64,000 nt of DNA from a phage. The notes beneath the pieces were generated by a model. That model ran no database searches, was not told the origin of the DNA, and saw nothing but the letters and a program-made list of their open reading frames with translations. This document shows, piece by piece, positions 35,713 to 49,000 of the stretch. The stretch lies in the sequence record PV467749.1. One strand, given 5' to 3'. Made by a program: the position numbers and the translations under genes. Numbering within the stretch: the first letter of the stretch is position 1; each line of letters opens with the position of its first letter.

Positions 35713-36477
35713 ATGAAATATGCAACAACCAGATCAACAAAATACAAATTTGTAACCAACGCCATTAGAGTGCATGGTATGCGTTATGATTATAGTATGG
35801 TTAAATATCATAATGCTAAAACAAAGGTGTGGATCGGATGTGAGAAGCATGGGTTTTTCCTACAAACACCAAATGACCATACATGTGGCAAAGGATGCAT
35901 GGAATGCTCGGTTGAGTATAATGCGAATCGTCAGAAAAGTCCACAGAACTTTATAAATTTTCTTAATAAGGCTAATTTAAAGTTTAGAAATAAATTTGAT
36001 TATAGCACAGTAGAATATGTTAATAATAAAACTCACATATCCATAATATGCCCAACACATGGGTCTTTTTTACAAAGACCTGATAATCATTTGTCAAGTA
36101 AGTATGGTTGTGAGAAATGTATGATTGAATCAACGCAATCAAAAGCAGTAACTGATATTGAAAAAATGATATCTTTCACTAATTATGTTAAAGAAAAGCG
36201 TTTTGATGATTGTAGAAACATATTAACTTTGCCATTTGATTTTTATATTGAAGATTTAAACTTGTGTATTGAATATGATGGTGAACAACACTTTCGATGT
36301 TCTGAACATTGGGGTGGTGACAAATCGCTAAAACAAACTCAACACAATGATAAAATTAAAAACACGTACTGTGCTGACCATGATATTAACTTACTTCGTA
36401 TCAAATACGATGAAGATCATATCATCGTACTAAAAAAGTACTTTTATGATAATTTTAACATAATATTAAAGGATTAA
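35713..36477 (+). CDS. homing-endonuclease-like protein: two zinc-ribbon-like modules + C-terminal PD-(D/E)xK (DUF559/Vsr-like) nuclease domain
   Basis: Repeats YDYSMVKYHNAKTKVWIGCEKHGFFLQTPNDHTCGKGCMEC and FDYSTVEYVNNKTHISIICPTHGSFLQRPDNHLSSKYGCEKC; C-terminal LCIEYDGEQHF...LLRIKYDE. Confidence 0.8.
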   Translation: MKYATTRSTKYKFVTNAIRVHGMRYDYSMVKYHNAKTKVWIGCEKHGFFLQTPNDHTCGKGCMECSVEYNANRQKSPQNFINFLNKANLKFRNKFDYSTVEYVNNKTHISIICPTHGSFLQRPDNHLSSKYGCEKCMIESTQSKAVTDIEKMISFTNYVKEKRFDDCRNILTLPFDFYIEDLNLCIEYDGEQHFRCSEHWGGDKSLKQTQHNDKIKNTYCADHDINLLRIKYDEDHIIVLKKYFYDNFNIILKD

Positions 36478-36481
36478 TACA

Positions 36482-39400
36482 ATGTCACAACAAAAAAGAC
36501 AGTCTAATTTATATAGTGGTGAGGATTGGACTCAAGTATATGAAAGTTTCTATAAAATCAATCTTACGGCATATGATTTTGATACCATTCGTCAAAGTAT
36601 GATTGATTATCTACGTGCTACGTACCCCGATTCTTTCAACGATTGGATCGAAAACGACCAGTTTATCTTTATTCTAGATACCATTTCTATGCTAGGCCAG
36701 AACTTAGCATTCCGCATGGACTTAAACACCCGTGAGAACTTCCTAGATACTGCTACTCGTCGTGCATCAGTACTGAAACTCGCAAAAATGATTTCTTACT
36801 CTCCACGCCGTTCATATCCAGGTCGTGCAGTTGCTAAATTAACAGAAATAAAAACCAACCAAGACGTTCGTAATAGTTTTAACGAATCACTTAAGGATAA
36901 AATCATTCGTTGGAATGACCCAATGGACACAAACTGGTATGAGAACTTCATTCTAGTTATGAACAGTTCATTTGTCAGTACTAACCAGTTTGGTAATCCG
37001 GTTAAACGTATCGATATCAATGGTGTTTCTCGTCAGCTATATCGTATGAATACAATTCCAATGTCAGCACCAAGTCTTCCATTCACAGCTACAGTTAATG
37101 GTGAATCGATGACATTTGAAGTTGTCAACCCTGATATTACCGCAGTTGGTGTTGAAGAGCGTCACCCTGAACCACAAGAGCAAAAATATATCGTTTATCA
37201 GAATGATGGTAACGGATTTAGTTCTCCAAATACTGGTTTCTTCGTTTATTTTGTTCAAGGGACATTGACATACCAAGATTACCAATATAATATTCGTGAA
37301 GAAAACCGTATCCAAGACATCAACGTAGATAATATCAACGAAACTGATGTTTGGGTTCAGGAAATCAACGAAGATGGTATTGTACGTACTAAATGGACCA
37401 AAGTTCCATCTATGGAAAGTATCGCATACAATACTGTTAACCGTCAACTAAAAACAATCTTTGCTGTCACAACTCGTGATAAAGACCAGATTACTATTAA
37501 GTATCCTGATTCTCGTAGTGGTGTTGTTCCTCGTGGGACATATCGTGTATGGTATCGTGTTAGTAATGGTGAAACATACAACATTAAAACGTCTGAAATC
37601 CAGAACAAAAGTGTAAAATACACCTATAGAACCAAAACACAATCAAGCTACGAATCCAGTACTTTGGATATTCGTTTCACATTGCAATATGAATCAGATC
37701 GTGCACAAAGTGCAGAAACAATTGAACAAATTAAGGCTCGTGCTCCACAAATGTATTACACTCAAAACCGTTTTGTTAACGGCGAAGACTATAACATTGC
37801 TCCGTTGAGTTTGGGTAACACAGTTCTTAAATCTAAAGCAATTAACCGTTTATATAGTGGACAGTCACGATTCATTGATATTAATGATCCAACTGGTAAG
37901 TATCAAAACACTGATGTGTTTAGTGATGATGGATCAATGTATCAAGAAAACACACAATTTAATAAATCTTTACAATTACCAACTACCAAAACAAATGCTA
38001 GTATTGTAATTGATAATATTCAGCCATTGATTGGTGAGAATGCTGTAATCCAACGTTATCAAGCATATCCACCGAATACAATTGGTATTGAAATTCAACA
38101 AAAATGGACACCTGAATACAATTCTAATTACGCAACTAATACGTATGGTCGTATTATGGGGGCAACAGGTAACGTATTCGGAAATTATCAAGTTGGTACG
38201 TTGATTAAGTTTTCAAATGCCGGAACTACTGTGTGGGCTAGTATTGTTAGTGTTCTTGATAATGGATATTACGTTCTAAGTACTTCAGTTTCATCAAATA
38301 TGCAAGCACAAGAGTACATTTTACAATACAGAACACGTTTTAATAGTGTCGAAGTGCAAGCAATCGCCGCAATGCTTGATAAAAAGACAGATTTTGTTAT
38401 TATTCATGATAAAGAAACAACTTCTTGGATTCCATTAGAAATCAGTACTGATGAAGATACTATTTCTTATAATGGAAATGAAGTTCTTGTTATGATTAAC
38501 ATCAAATATACTGCTGAAACATGGGAATTTGATGCGAATGGCGTTGAATATGTGTTCGTTGGTGGTGATAAAGTTCGTTTTTACTTCGTTTCTTCTAAAA
38601 AGATAACTGATATTAGTACTGGTAGTGTTCAAAGTGACAAAATTGAAATTTTATCATCAAATACCACAAGCAATAGTAATGCTGGGTTGACAAGTAACAT
38701 AGATTTCCAAATTTATGACACAATTCAACAAGAAAACGGGTATCTTGATGGTTCTCGTGTGGTTATCACCTCTGAAAACGTTGATAGTAATGGAATCCCA
38801 CTAGAACCTAATCAATTCAGAGAAATTGTACCAAATTGGACTGGTGAAGATTCAGTTAAATATGGTGGTATATTGGTTTTCCAAGAAAACGATGATTTCA
38901 CTATATCAGTACTGTCATTACCGAACGATACTTTCACTATTCTTGATTCTTCATGGGCTTATACAATGGATCAGGCACTTGCAGAAACTAATGCGTATAA
39001 GAGAAGTGAATTTGTTCGCAACAATGCTATTCGCTCAACAACATTGAGTGGTATCTATAGTAAAGGTTCAGGCTTTATGGTTGGCTTTAAATATGATGGT
39101 AAATATTACTTCATTGAACAAACTGTTGGTAATAATAATGACCGTTTAAACCAATTAATTGAGAACTTGACCTATTCTGATGATACAACTGCTGCAACTC
39201 CTGAACTTGCGTTTTATCGTGCTATTGTTAATATCGGTACTAATGCTGATGTTAACCAAAAGTTAGATTATTATGGTTATAAAGATGTAACTTCACAATA
39301 TACCGTAAAAACGAATGCAAGAACTGGTATTGATTTCCACTGGAAACATTATGCACCAGATGATAATCGCATTGACCCAAGTAGAACAAACTTGATTGAC

Positions 39401-39943
39401 ATGTATGTATTAACCAATTCATACAAAACTGAAGTTGATGTATGGTTGAAGAATGGAACACAAGGTAATATGCCTAAACCGCCAACATCTGTTGAATTGA
39501 AAGACATTTTTAAAGAAGTTGAACAAAAAATAGTCATCAGTGACAGTATTATTTGGCATAGTGCAGAATATCTACCATTATTTGGTGCGAGTGCTGCTGA
39601 AGATTATAAAGCAGATTTCAAAGTCGTCAAATTGCCTAACAGTACAATGAGTGATGATGAAATTCGTCAAAATGTCGTAGCACTAACTAACGAGTATTTT
39701 AATGTTGACAACTGGGATTTTGGTGAAAGTTTCTATTACACAGACTTGTGTACATACATTCACTCCCAATTAGGACGACATATTAGTACTATTGTTATCG
39801 TAGCTCAAAACCCTAACTCTAAATTTGGTTCACTATTTGAAATACCTTCACGTTCTGACCAGATTTTCTTAAGTACTGCATCAGTTGATAACGTACAGAT
39901 AGTCAATTCCTTGGCTAAGAGTAACATTAACATTGGTTCATAA
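36482..39943 (+). CDS. baseplate wedge protein (T4 gp6-like N-terminus), 1153 aa
   Basis: N-terminal YDFDTIRQSMIDYL region resembles T4 gp6 YDFEGSRLNVLCDLL; follows gp25-like gene; terminator downstream. Confidence 0.8.
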   Translation: MSQQKRQSNLYSGEDWTQVYESFYKINLTAYDFDTIRQSMIDYLRATYPDSFNDWIENDQFIFILDTISMLGQNLAFRMDLNTRENFLDTATRRASVLKLAKMISYSPRRSYPGRAVAKLTEIKTNQDVRNSFNESLKDKIIRWNDPMDTNWYENFILVMNSSFVSTNQFGNPVKRIDINGVSRQLYRMNTIPMSAPSLPFTATVNGESMTFEVVNPDITAVGVEERHPEPQEQKYIVYQNDGNGFSSPNTGFFVYFVQGTLTYQDYQYNIREENRIQDINVDNINETDVWVQEINEDGIVRTKWTKVPSMESIAYNTVNRQLKTIFAVTTRDKDQITIKYPDSRSGVVPRGTYRVWYRVSNGETYNIKTSEIQNKSVKYTYRTKTQSSYESSTLDIRFTLQYESDRAQSAETIEQIKARAPQMYYTQNRFVNGEDYNIAPLSLGNTVLKSKAINRLYSGQSRFIDINDPTGKYQNTDVFSDDGSMYQENTQFNKSLQLPTTKTNASIVIDNIQPLIGENAVIQRYQAYPPNTIGIEIQQKWTPEYNSNYATNTYGRIMGATGNVFGNYQVGTLIKFSNAGTTVWASIVSVLDNGYYVLSTSVSSNMQAQEYILQYRTRFNSVEVQAIAAMLDKKTDFVIIHDKETTSWIPLEISTDEDTISYNGNEVLVMINIKYTAETWEFDANGVEYVFVGGDKVRFYFVSSKKITDISTGSVQSDKIEILSSNTTSNSNAGLTSNIDFQIYDTIQQENGYLDGSRVVITSENVDSNGIPLEPNQFREIVPNWTGEDSVKYGGILVFQENDDFTISVLSLPNDTFTILDSSWAYTMDQALAETNAYKRSEFVRNNAIRSTTLSGIYSKGSGFMVGFKYDGKYYFIEQTVGNNNDRLNQLIENLTYSDDTTAATPELAFYRAIVNIGTNADVNQKLDYYGYKDVTSQYTVKTNARTGIDFHWKHYAPDDNRIDPSRTNLIDMYVLTNSYKTEVDVWLKNGTQGNMPKPPTSVELKDIFKEVEQKIVISDSIIWHSAEYLPLFGASAAEDYKADFKVVKLPNSTMSDDEIRQNVVALTNEYFNVDNWDFGESFYYTDLCTYIHSQLGRHISTIVIVAQNPNSKFGSLFEIPSRSDQIFLSTASVDNVQIVNSLAKSNINIGS

Positions 39944-39949
39944 CACATT

Positions 39950-39976
39950 AAGGCGTTCTTCGGAACGTCTTTTTTA
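39950..39976 (+). terminator. intrinsic terminator after gp6-like gene
   Basis: AAGGCGTTC-TTCG-GAACGTCTT followed by TTTTT. Confidence 0.8.
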
Positions 39977-39979
39977 TAT

Positions 39980-39987
39980 CATAAATA
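39980..39987 (+). promoter_or_regulatory. late-promoter-like box CATAAATA upstream of giant ORF
   Basis: atatCATAAATAaatc about 36 nt upstream of ATG 40024. Confidence 0.4.
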
Positions 39988-40023
39988 AATCAAATGAATG
40001 AACGAATTATATGGAGTCCAAAA

Positions 40024-43000
40024 ATGACTAATAATTTTAAGTTTCAACCTACACAGATGGCTGAAGCAGTACAGAAGAAGCTTTTCATAAAAAGATTGCC
40101 TGAGTGGATGCAAGGCTTAGAAGATATTCAGAAAGTCAGTGATGATGTTATCCAACAATGGTTTAATCCGGCTGAAAACGAATTAGTTGACGGCTACATT
40201 GGTGACATGGGTTCTCCGGCAGCAGCAGGGAACATCTTCTTACACGAGTCAACAGTCGCACGTCAACTATATCAGTTGTCCACTGCGTATGTCTCAAGAA
40301 ATGATGACTCCAGCATTCGTTCAATTCAATTTTATGATGATCTAGTTGGCTATATGAATCATTACGGGGCACTAACCGAAAATGAAAGCCGTTTGTTTAA
40401 TGGTAAGTTCTATTCATGGACCCCACCAATTAACCCTAACAAAATGAACAACTACAGTTCATATCTATGGGATTCCAAGAATAGCTATAATATCGCAACT
40501 CCAGATTATATTGTAATGGAACGTGGTGCAGAAAATGGAAACACTTGGTCACTACAAAACTTCTGGTACACATTAGGTGAAACTTTAGAAGATGGTACAA
40601 TCCTAACTGAAGAACTAATGCAAGATTCCCGTTTTGTTCGTGCTCGTGCTCCAATTATCGAATACAATAAAAATATCGAACTAATGAACTACGGTACTAA
40701 ATTCCGTGGGACAGTTGATTTGTTCTCTGATATTATTAAACCTGAAGATATCGTACAAAAAGATATTAACAGCGGTATACGTATTGATGGTATTATTCCA
40801 CAAGATGGTATGCGTATTCTTTTCACCAGTATTGGTAACAATGGTGAAAACAACCGAATTTATAAAGTATATGTTAAACGTATGCAAGATGGAACACGTG
40901 TGTATGGTCTAGCATTAGACCCAGACGAAGAATCTGAAAGCCGTCCGAGTGGTGAACCACAAGATGGTGACGTAGTTCTTATTATCAAAGGTAATGAATT
41001 TGGTAACAGTTCCATGTATTGGGACGGTTCTCATTGGATTCAAGCACAGTCTAAAACTTCTGTGAACGTATTTCCACAATTCCAATTGTATGACCGTAAT
41101 GGTGTTAAACTAAACAACACTACTACCTATCCATCAAGTACTTTTACTGGTTCTTCATTATTTGGTTTTAAAATTAACTATAATTATGCAACCGATAGCG
41201 TTTATGGTTATAACATTGAACTGGGTGATTACAATTATTACACCTATGAGAATTTCCTACAATCAACTCGTTATACCTACGAGCATTTGGGTGTGGAAGT
41301 TGAAATTGATGGACTATATTACTATAACGTAATTGGTGAAGGTAATACAATGAACCTAGAAACTGATTGGGTTCGTAGTACTGAATACTCCAAACAATAT
41401 GTTAAACAAACTCCACAGGTTGAACGTACAGTAATGTTCCGCGTGTTCAGTACTGTTTATGACATGGAAAGTTTCAAAGATCCAGTTGAAGGAATGTATG
41501 CTTATGTAATTGAAGTTGACAGAACTTATCAATATTACAAAGCAGAACGTGAAACATATCTTGATTGGCATGTTATCGTTGGTGATGGGGTACAAAGCGT
41601 TAAGTACAATCATACATTTGAATTGGCACAAAAAGTACTAGATAATTCTGATGATATTATCGAACTAGTTGTTGATGGTGTGGAAATAAAAGAATACACC
41701 AAAACTGTAGTTAATAATCAAGTACAAAGTATTACAATTGATAGCTCTGTTGATTTGGATGAAGATTCTGTTGTACAAATAAGAACTTATAGTAGCACTA
41801 TCACTCCTAATAAAGAGTTGGGTGCATATGAAGTTCCAATTAACCTACAAAATAACCCATATAATTCAAACATTGAATACATCAATCAAGGTGATTACAC
41901 CCTGCACTTCCAAGATATTATTCAAAAGAATATTACATCTGGTTCTGCTGATGACTTTAACAATTACGAAGAACGTTTGGCTGCTGGTTTGGTTAATAAT
42001 GGTGTAGGCACTAAAATTATTCAAAACGAAGCGTCCATGTTACCACTAATGGCACATACCGCTAATGAAGATATTGATTTGTTTGAATCAATCATGTTTA
42101 TGCAAGCAGAATACTTCCGCTTCATTAACAAGTTCAACACTCAAATGCTTCGTTTGTATGAAGAAGACCCAAGTGCTTTTCTTGGTAATAGTGCATCAAA
42201 CATCGTAGATGCGATTCTAACAGCTATTAATATGGGACGTGATAGTTCATTCCCATTCTACTATGACAACGTTGCAAGCACTGCTGGGTTTATTCGTGCA
42301 TTTGTCCCACCAACTCCACAGTTCTTGGGTATTTTGCAAGCTTATACACCACAAAAAGCAACATTCTTAACTGCTGGTAGTAAATCTAGCTGTTATAATA
42401 TCAGTCATACTGGTGTTATTTCAAAAGCATACCGTGTTATCAATGGTGTTGATAAAATGGATGACGTAGTTTTTGAATTGGAAAATCGTATCTTTAATAG
42501 TATTGACCTTACTTTCAAGGATATTGATTATAAACCAGTACTAAACAGTGAAGACCTATTCCCAACTCCATATTTCACTGGTACTGATTATAGTGCAGAA
42601 GAAAAGAAAACTCTATTACTACGTGGTTACATTAACTTCACAGCAACCAATGGTATTAGTAACAGTACTCATGATTATGATGCAAATAACTGGAGAACTT
42701 GGAACTATACTGGTAGTTATTATGTTGTTGATGGTCAACGTACTGAAATTCCTGCTCGTGGTTCATGGCGTGCAATCTATACTGACCAATATGGCACATA
42801 TCGTCCAGCAACCCATCCGTGGGAAATGATGGGCTTCTCTCAACGTCCTACTTGGTGGAACCAAGAATACGAACCAACCGCAGTTCAAGTTGGTGAACGT
42901 GAGGGTGATGTTGTTTATGTGTATGAAGCACTAGTAATGAATGAAAATGGTGATTTGGTCCCAAGTGGATTGTGGGATATTGATGGTACTATCGGTGACA

Positions 43001-46000
43001 GCAGCACTGGTACTATTTTGTCCGGTGAACGCCGTGGTCAATATGACAAATACAAGCGTTTCGGTGTACAGCCATTTAAAATCACTAAGACTGGCGAGAA
43101 AACCAGTACTGGTATTGATATTTGTGAAGTTGAGTATATTGCACCTGAAGTTTTAGGTCTTGTTAGTGGTAATTTAGATCATCGTGCAGAACCGTGGGCT
43201 TATGGTGACATGGGTGACATGGAATTCACTTACATGAACACTGCGATGTTTGCTTATGACCAAATGCTTCTTCTATACAAAGCAAAACCAGCACAGTTTG
43301 CAAACTATTACTGGGATACCCGTAATGATAACCTTAAACCAGTTTATACTGATGGTTCACAGTTCCTTTATGGTGAAACCCGTAAGCGTCTAAACTTTGA
43401 CAGTGCTACATTAGTACATGGTGAGAAAAATACCCGTACTATCGGTTATCAAATGTTTGTTAGTGACTATTTGATGTATCAGAATAAGAACATTACCACC
43501 AAATACGGTGACGTTGTTCGTTCTTCTTATGTCAATGTCGCTCACAAAATTGGTGGCTTTACTAAAGCAGACCAATTGACATTCACTGCTAAATCTTTCG
43601 GTTTGATTTCACAAGAAAACCAAACTATCGGTCTAGTTCGTTCCAATAACATTCGCGATGAGCAAATGAGTGCAGTAAAAATTACTTGGAATGGTAGTGC
43701 ATATCAAATTGATGGTTATGATTTAGTTGGTGCTAAATTTAAATATAAAATTCCAGTTAAAAATGGAAGAAAAGTAACTCTTAAATTGGAAGACAGAACT
43801 GTTGTTCATTACAATGAATGGAAATCTGAAGGTACATTAGAATATGGTAAAATATTCAATACATACCAAGAAGTTTATACTTTCATTTGTGGATATGGTG
43901 AATATCTAAAAGAACATGGCTGGATTTTTGAAGATGTAAATGATAGTGGTGCTCAACAAGACTGGACAACTATTGCTAAAGACTTTGTTATTTGGAGTCA
44001 GAATAATTTAAGTACTGGTGAGTTCATCTCCTGTACTCCAAGTGCAGCTAATGCTAAATTTGGTGCAGATTTTGGTTCAGTTCAATCTGTTACACAGAAC
44101 AGTGGTGGTGTTTGGTCACTACTCGATGATGAAAACCAAGGTATCCGTCAATATGAAATCGAAACTTCGCGTATCGGTAACGTATTCACAGTGAGAACTA
44201 CATCTGAATCACAAAAACGTATGGCGTTGATTCGTTTGAGCCTAAGTTCATATGAACACGCAGTTGTTTTTGATGATAAAACTATCTTTGGTGATTACAT
44301 TTACCAACCAACTTATGGTGCTATTCAAGAATTGATTAAAATGTATGGTTACATTACTGGGGCATGGACTGGTCGCCTACAAGCACCTGGTTTCATTATC
44401 CTAGAAGCAGGAACTTTACCATCATTTGAAAAATTAGTAACTGATTTTGAATTATATTATAATAGTGAAACTCCTGTGAGTGATGTTCAGCTTCAAGAGT
44501 TATCAAATCACTTGATTGGCTATCAAACTCGTGATTATCTACAACGTATGATTAGTAGTGATGTTAGTCGTGTTGATTTCTATAAAGGATTCATTCATGA
44601 CAAAGGTACTAACCAAGTAATGGAAAAAGTACTACGCGTTTCTAAATCTTACGACACTGATGAATATAAAGCACTACAGGAATGGGCATTTAAGATTGGC
44701 ACTTATGGTAATATCAATGGTAAGAAAAATCTACAATTTAAACTAATCAATGACCAATTTAAACAACAACCACAGATGGTTTCGTTTGATGTTAATGCTA
44801 CATCAAATGGTACTGGTAATGGTATTGTTTATTACGGTGAACAAGGGGTTGACTCACGCTGGATTACTCGTCCAAATGGTAAGTTTTCATTCCCAATGCG
44901 TAGTGGAAGAAGTGAGAATATCCAACTTCCAGACATTGGCCCAGTAACACTAGATGAAATTTCATACGTTACTAAAGATTTCAGTACTGCATATAATGAT
45001 CGTATCAATTATATGAATAACAGTGGTGAAATACCAGATTCTGTATGGATGTTTAAAGATGGTAATGATTTGTGGAATATTTTCGAACTAGTAGACACTG
45101 AAGTTGAGATGCTCTCTATCGTTCCAATTGAAAATACCGATGTATATGCAGAACAATTCTGTAAAGTAACTCTAAGTGATGATATCCCACTAAATGATGG
45201 TGATTATTATTACTTTGTTGATGAAACTAACTTTATGCCAGATACATTGACTATAGAAAGTCAATATTATACTGCGGGTAATGACCCTAGAGTTATGGTA
45301 GTTCCGTTTGACACTTCAATAACTATTGACTTCACTGATCCTGATACTCGCCCACGCTTGTATCGTTATGTTTCACGATTCAGTACTGAAGAGATGCGTC
45401 AGGAATACATTGACAGAAAATATAGTTTTAAAGCTCCACAAAGTACTTTGTTTGACCGCCCAACCACATATGATGAGCGTACTAACATTACTGCGTTGTA
45501 CCTAAACGTGTTTGACCCAATCAACGGTGTTATTCCTGGTGCAGCGATGCAGAACGTTACCTACACATCTCCAGTTGACCCAGCACAATACAACAGCAAT
45601 GGTGAATTGATTCAAGCATGGGGTGCTGATAAAGTTGGTCAGGTTTGGTGGAACACCAGCACTGCTTTCTACTTAGATTACACTCGTGCAATCTATGATG
45701 CTGATGGTAATGTGGATGTTGATGCAACAAATGAATATAAACGTTATAACTGGGGCAGATTGCTACCGCACAGTACTGTTGATGTTCTTGAATGGGTATG
45801 TTCGCCAGTGGAACCATATAACTGGGACAAATACTGTAAAGACGTTGCTAACAAAAATAAAAACAATACTATGTACCTACCAAGCGGAACCGCATTGGAA
45901 GATAATTATAGTACGTTCTTAGAATATGATAGCACAACTGATACTTATGTTACAAAATACTATTTCTGGGTTCGTGATACAATCTATGTACCACCATTGC

Positions 46001-49000
46001 ATTCCAGAACTAAATCTTGTACTGATATTGCTCGTATTATTAAAGAACCAGCACAGCTTAACATTCCTTGGTTTGCACCAATCAATGAAAGCTCGTTCAT
46101 TCTAAGTAATATGCAATTTGAAGTCAACGATGACACAAGTATTTTAACTGTTTCTTATTACATGGATAATACTGAAGTTATTAAACATGACCAGTATCAA
46201 TTATGTAAAGAAGGTGATAGCTATAACTTCAATCCATCAATCTGGACTTCTATGTGGAATTCTATGATTGGTCAAGAAACTACTGAATCAGGAACTGTTA
46301 TTGATTTACTATATCCTTTAGTACCAAACGGTTTAGGTTCTAATAAGACTTGGTTCCAAGATGTAATTGAAGCTCGTAGAAACTTTGTAGAAAGTGCAAA
46401 TAACTATTATCGCTCACAGAATATAACAACTAACACTGTTCTAATGGACGAAGTGTTTAATGTTAAAACTACTGAAGTTAACCCGAATGAAGTATCATAT
46501 CGTGTACTAACTTACAATAGTGAATTAGTCATTGCACCTGAAAGTGACAAGTTCAAAGAAAACGACGCAGTACTAGTAAGTACTAGTGGTGTATTACCTA
46601 ACCCACTATCAACTAGCTCTGTATATTTTGTGCATATTGATGCTAATGGTTATATTCATCTAATGAATAGTCCATCAAGTGCTGGTAGTGTGGTTACCAT
46701 TACATTGGAAAACCGTGGTGAAGGTCAACAGAAAATGATTAAACAATCAGACTATGTTGAAGCACTAGGAACTTCATTGGACATGACCCAGTACTGGTCA
46801 CTAGCAGATTGGTATGATATTGGTTACGATAAAAATACTGCATATACACAAGAATCCAGCCTAGAAGATGCAAACACTAAGAACTATCAAGTTGGTGACA
46901 TTATCAGAATTACAGATGTTGATGGCATCTGGACATTGTACATTAAAGCACAATCACGTGATTCAGTTTACTGGAAAGCAATTGGTCGTGAAAATAGTAC
47001 AGTTGAATTGAATGATATGTTATACGCTGACTATACAGTTCGTGATGCTAATGGTTCGTTGAGTAATCGTGAGATTAACGTTCGTAAAGCACTAGCTTTA
47101 TTGAAGAACTCATTCGACTTACATCAGAGTGAAATTGTGTTTGATATGGTTAAGTATGTTCACGTAGAACAAAGCGTTGTTGATTGGGTATTCAAAACAT
47201 CTTACATTTATATTGTAGGTTTAGAACAATCATTAGTACAGAACTATTCCAACGACAACTTGATTAATCAAATCGTTGAGTACTTTGAAGAAGTTAAACC
47301 ATATAGAACTAAGATTCGTTCCCAGATTGAACAGAAAACATCAGATGATGATTTAATTAAAGGTTTGTGTAATGATTTAGATCCTAATGGCTATATATTT
47401 GCAGATGGGACTTGGGTTAAAACGGAAAAAGACATTTGGGATTATGAATATGCTCAATTCAATGAGGTAACTCAACGTTGGGAGCAAGTTGGTGAATTGC
47501 CAAGTGATTTCGTAACACCTAATCGCCGTTTCCAAGAAATTGATGTTATCATGCACTACGACAACACTCAATGTAAACCAAATGATAATTTGGCAAGTGT
47601 TGATGTATTGGAAGAAGTGAATAAGAAATATCAATCTAATGCACAAGATGTTGTTAGTAATTTTGAATTACAACGTTACAAATATACATTCCCAGAATAC
47701 AGTGATGAAGATTTCGACCTATTGGTTGCTTATCAGATGCAATTGTATTACCCAGAATTGAACGTAACTCTAGGGATTGCTTACGGTGTTAACCAATGGT
47801 ATGCAGACCATGCAGATGATTTGGTAGCAACCGCAGAATTCACAGAAACGTTGAATCGTGTATATAAAGAATCAACACAAAATGAAATGTTTAATGACGT
47901 AAATCATTACGTTCAGTATAACACACTCTCTAACCGTTTGAAATTGTACACAGGTGCAGATGATGAAGTAATTCATGATGAAGTTGGATGTGGATTTAGT
48001 GGGTTAACCTATGATGATAATCCAAGCACCAGACTACCGTTTGGTTATGCATCCAGTACTGATTATAACTTTGGTTACTTTGAAGTTAGTAGTGAGTTGT
48101 ATAAAAAGTATGTTTCTTTAATTAAAGAAAACAATACTACTGCAACTGATGATGAAGTTAGAATTATACTTGAAGTTGAATATGGTGTTTATTCATATCG
48201 CCATGTAGATGAAGATGGAAATCAACGATTCTACAATGACGCAATTCATGTATTGTCCGGTATGCGTGGTTTGTATGACAAAGATGCTACCGACCATTAT
48301 GAAAAGGCTGAAGAAATACTAAGTAGAATGCCTATTGATATTCATGCATTTACTATGATGCCACGAAAATATGTTTATGTTAATGTTAATGGTGTATACG
48401 AGAGTATCCCAGATGACCAAAGCATTGATGATTTCATGGAAGACAAATTCATAACTGACGGTCAACTAGTTCAATTGGCAGAAATAAATCTTGATGACTT
48501 ACCTCTTGATAGAAATAACCCAATGTACAGTGATTATCAGCACATCCTAGATAGCATCACCGATGCTAAGTACTACGATGATATGAATGCATTTGATAAC
48601 CTAGCACTTGAATCACAAACTTCCGAGTTAAAATGGGAAGTTGAAGGTGACGAAGTAGATCCGTACATAATCGACATTTCTGATATTAACCCATCAGGAA
48701 GAAAGATTGGTCAGATTCGCTTCACAGTTGATGGTTATGGATTCAATAGTGTTTCACTAGTTCAATTGAGAGACAATAGTAGATATAAAACTGAAGGTAT
48801 GGTTATTATCAACCCTTATAAAACAACAGAAGCAATTGTTAGTATTCCTTCTTACGCTAAGATTGAAAATGATATTAGTAAATCATACAGTAAGTATGAT
48901 GAAAAATACTTCTATAAAATTAAATCAATTGTTAGTGATACAGAAGCTGAAGTAATTGACAATACCCTATCTGATGGTGATAAGGTTATGATATTCACAA

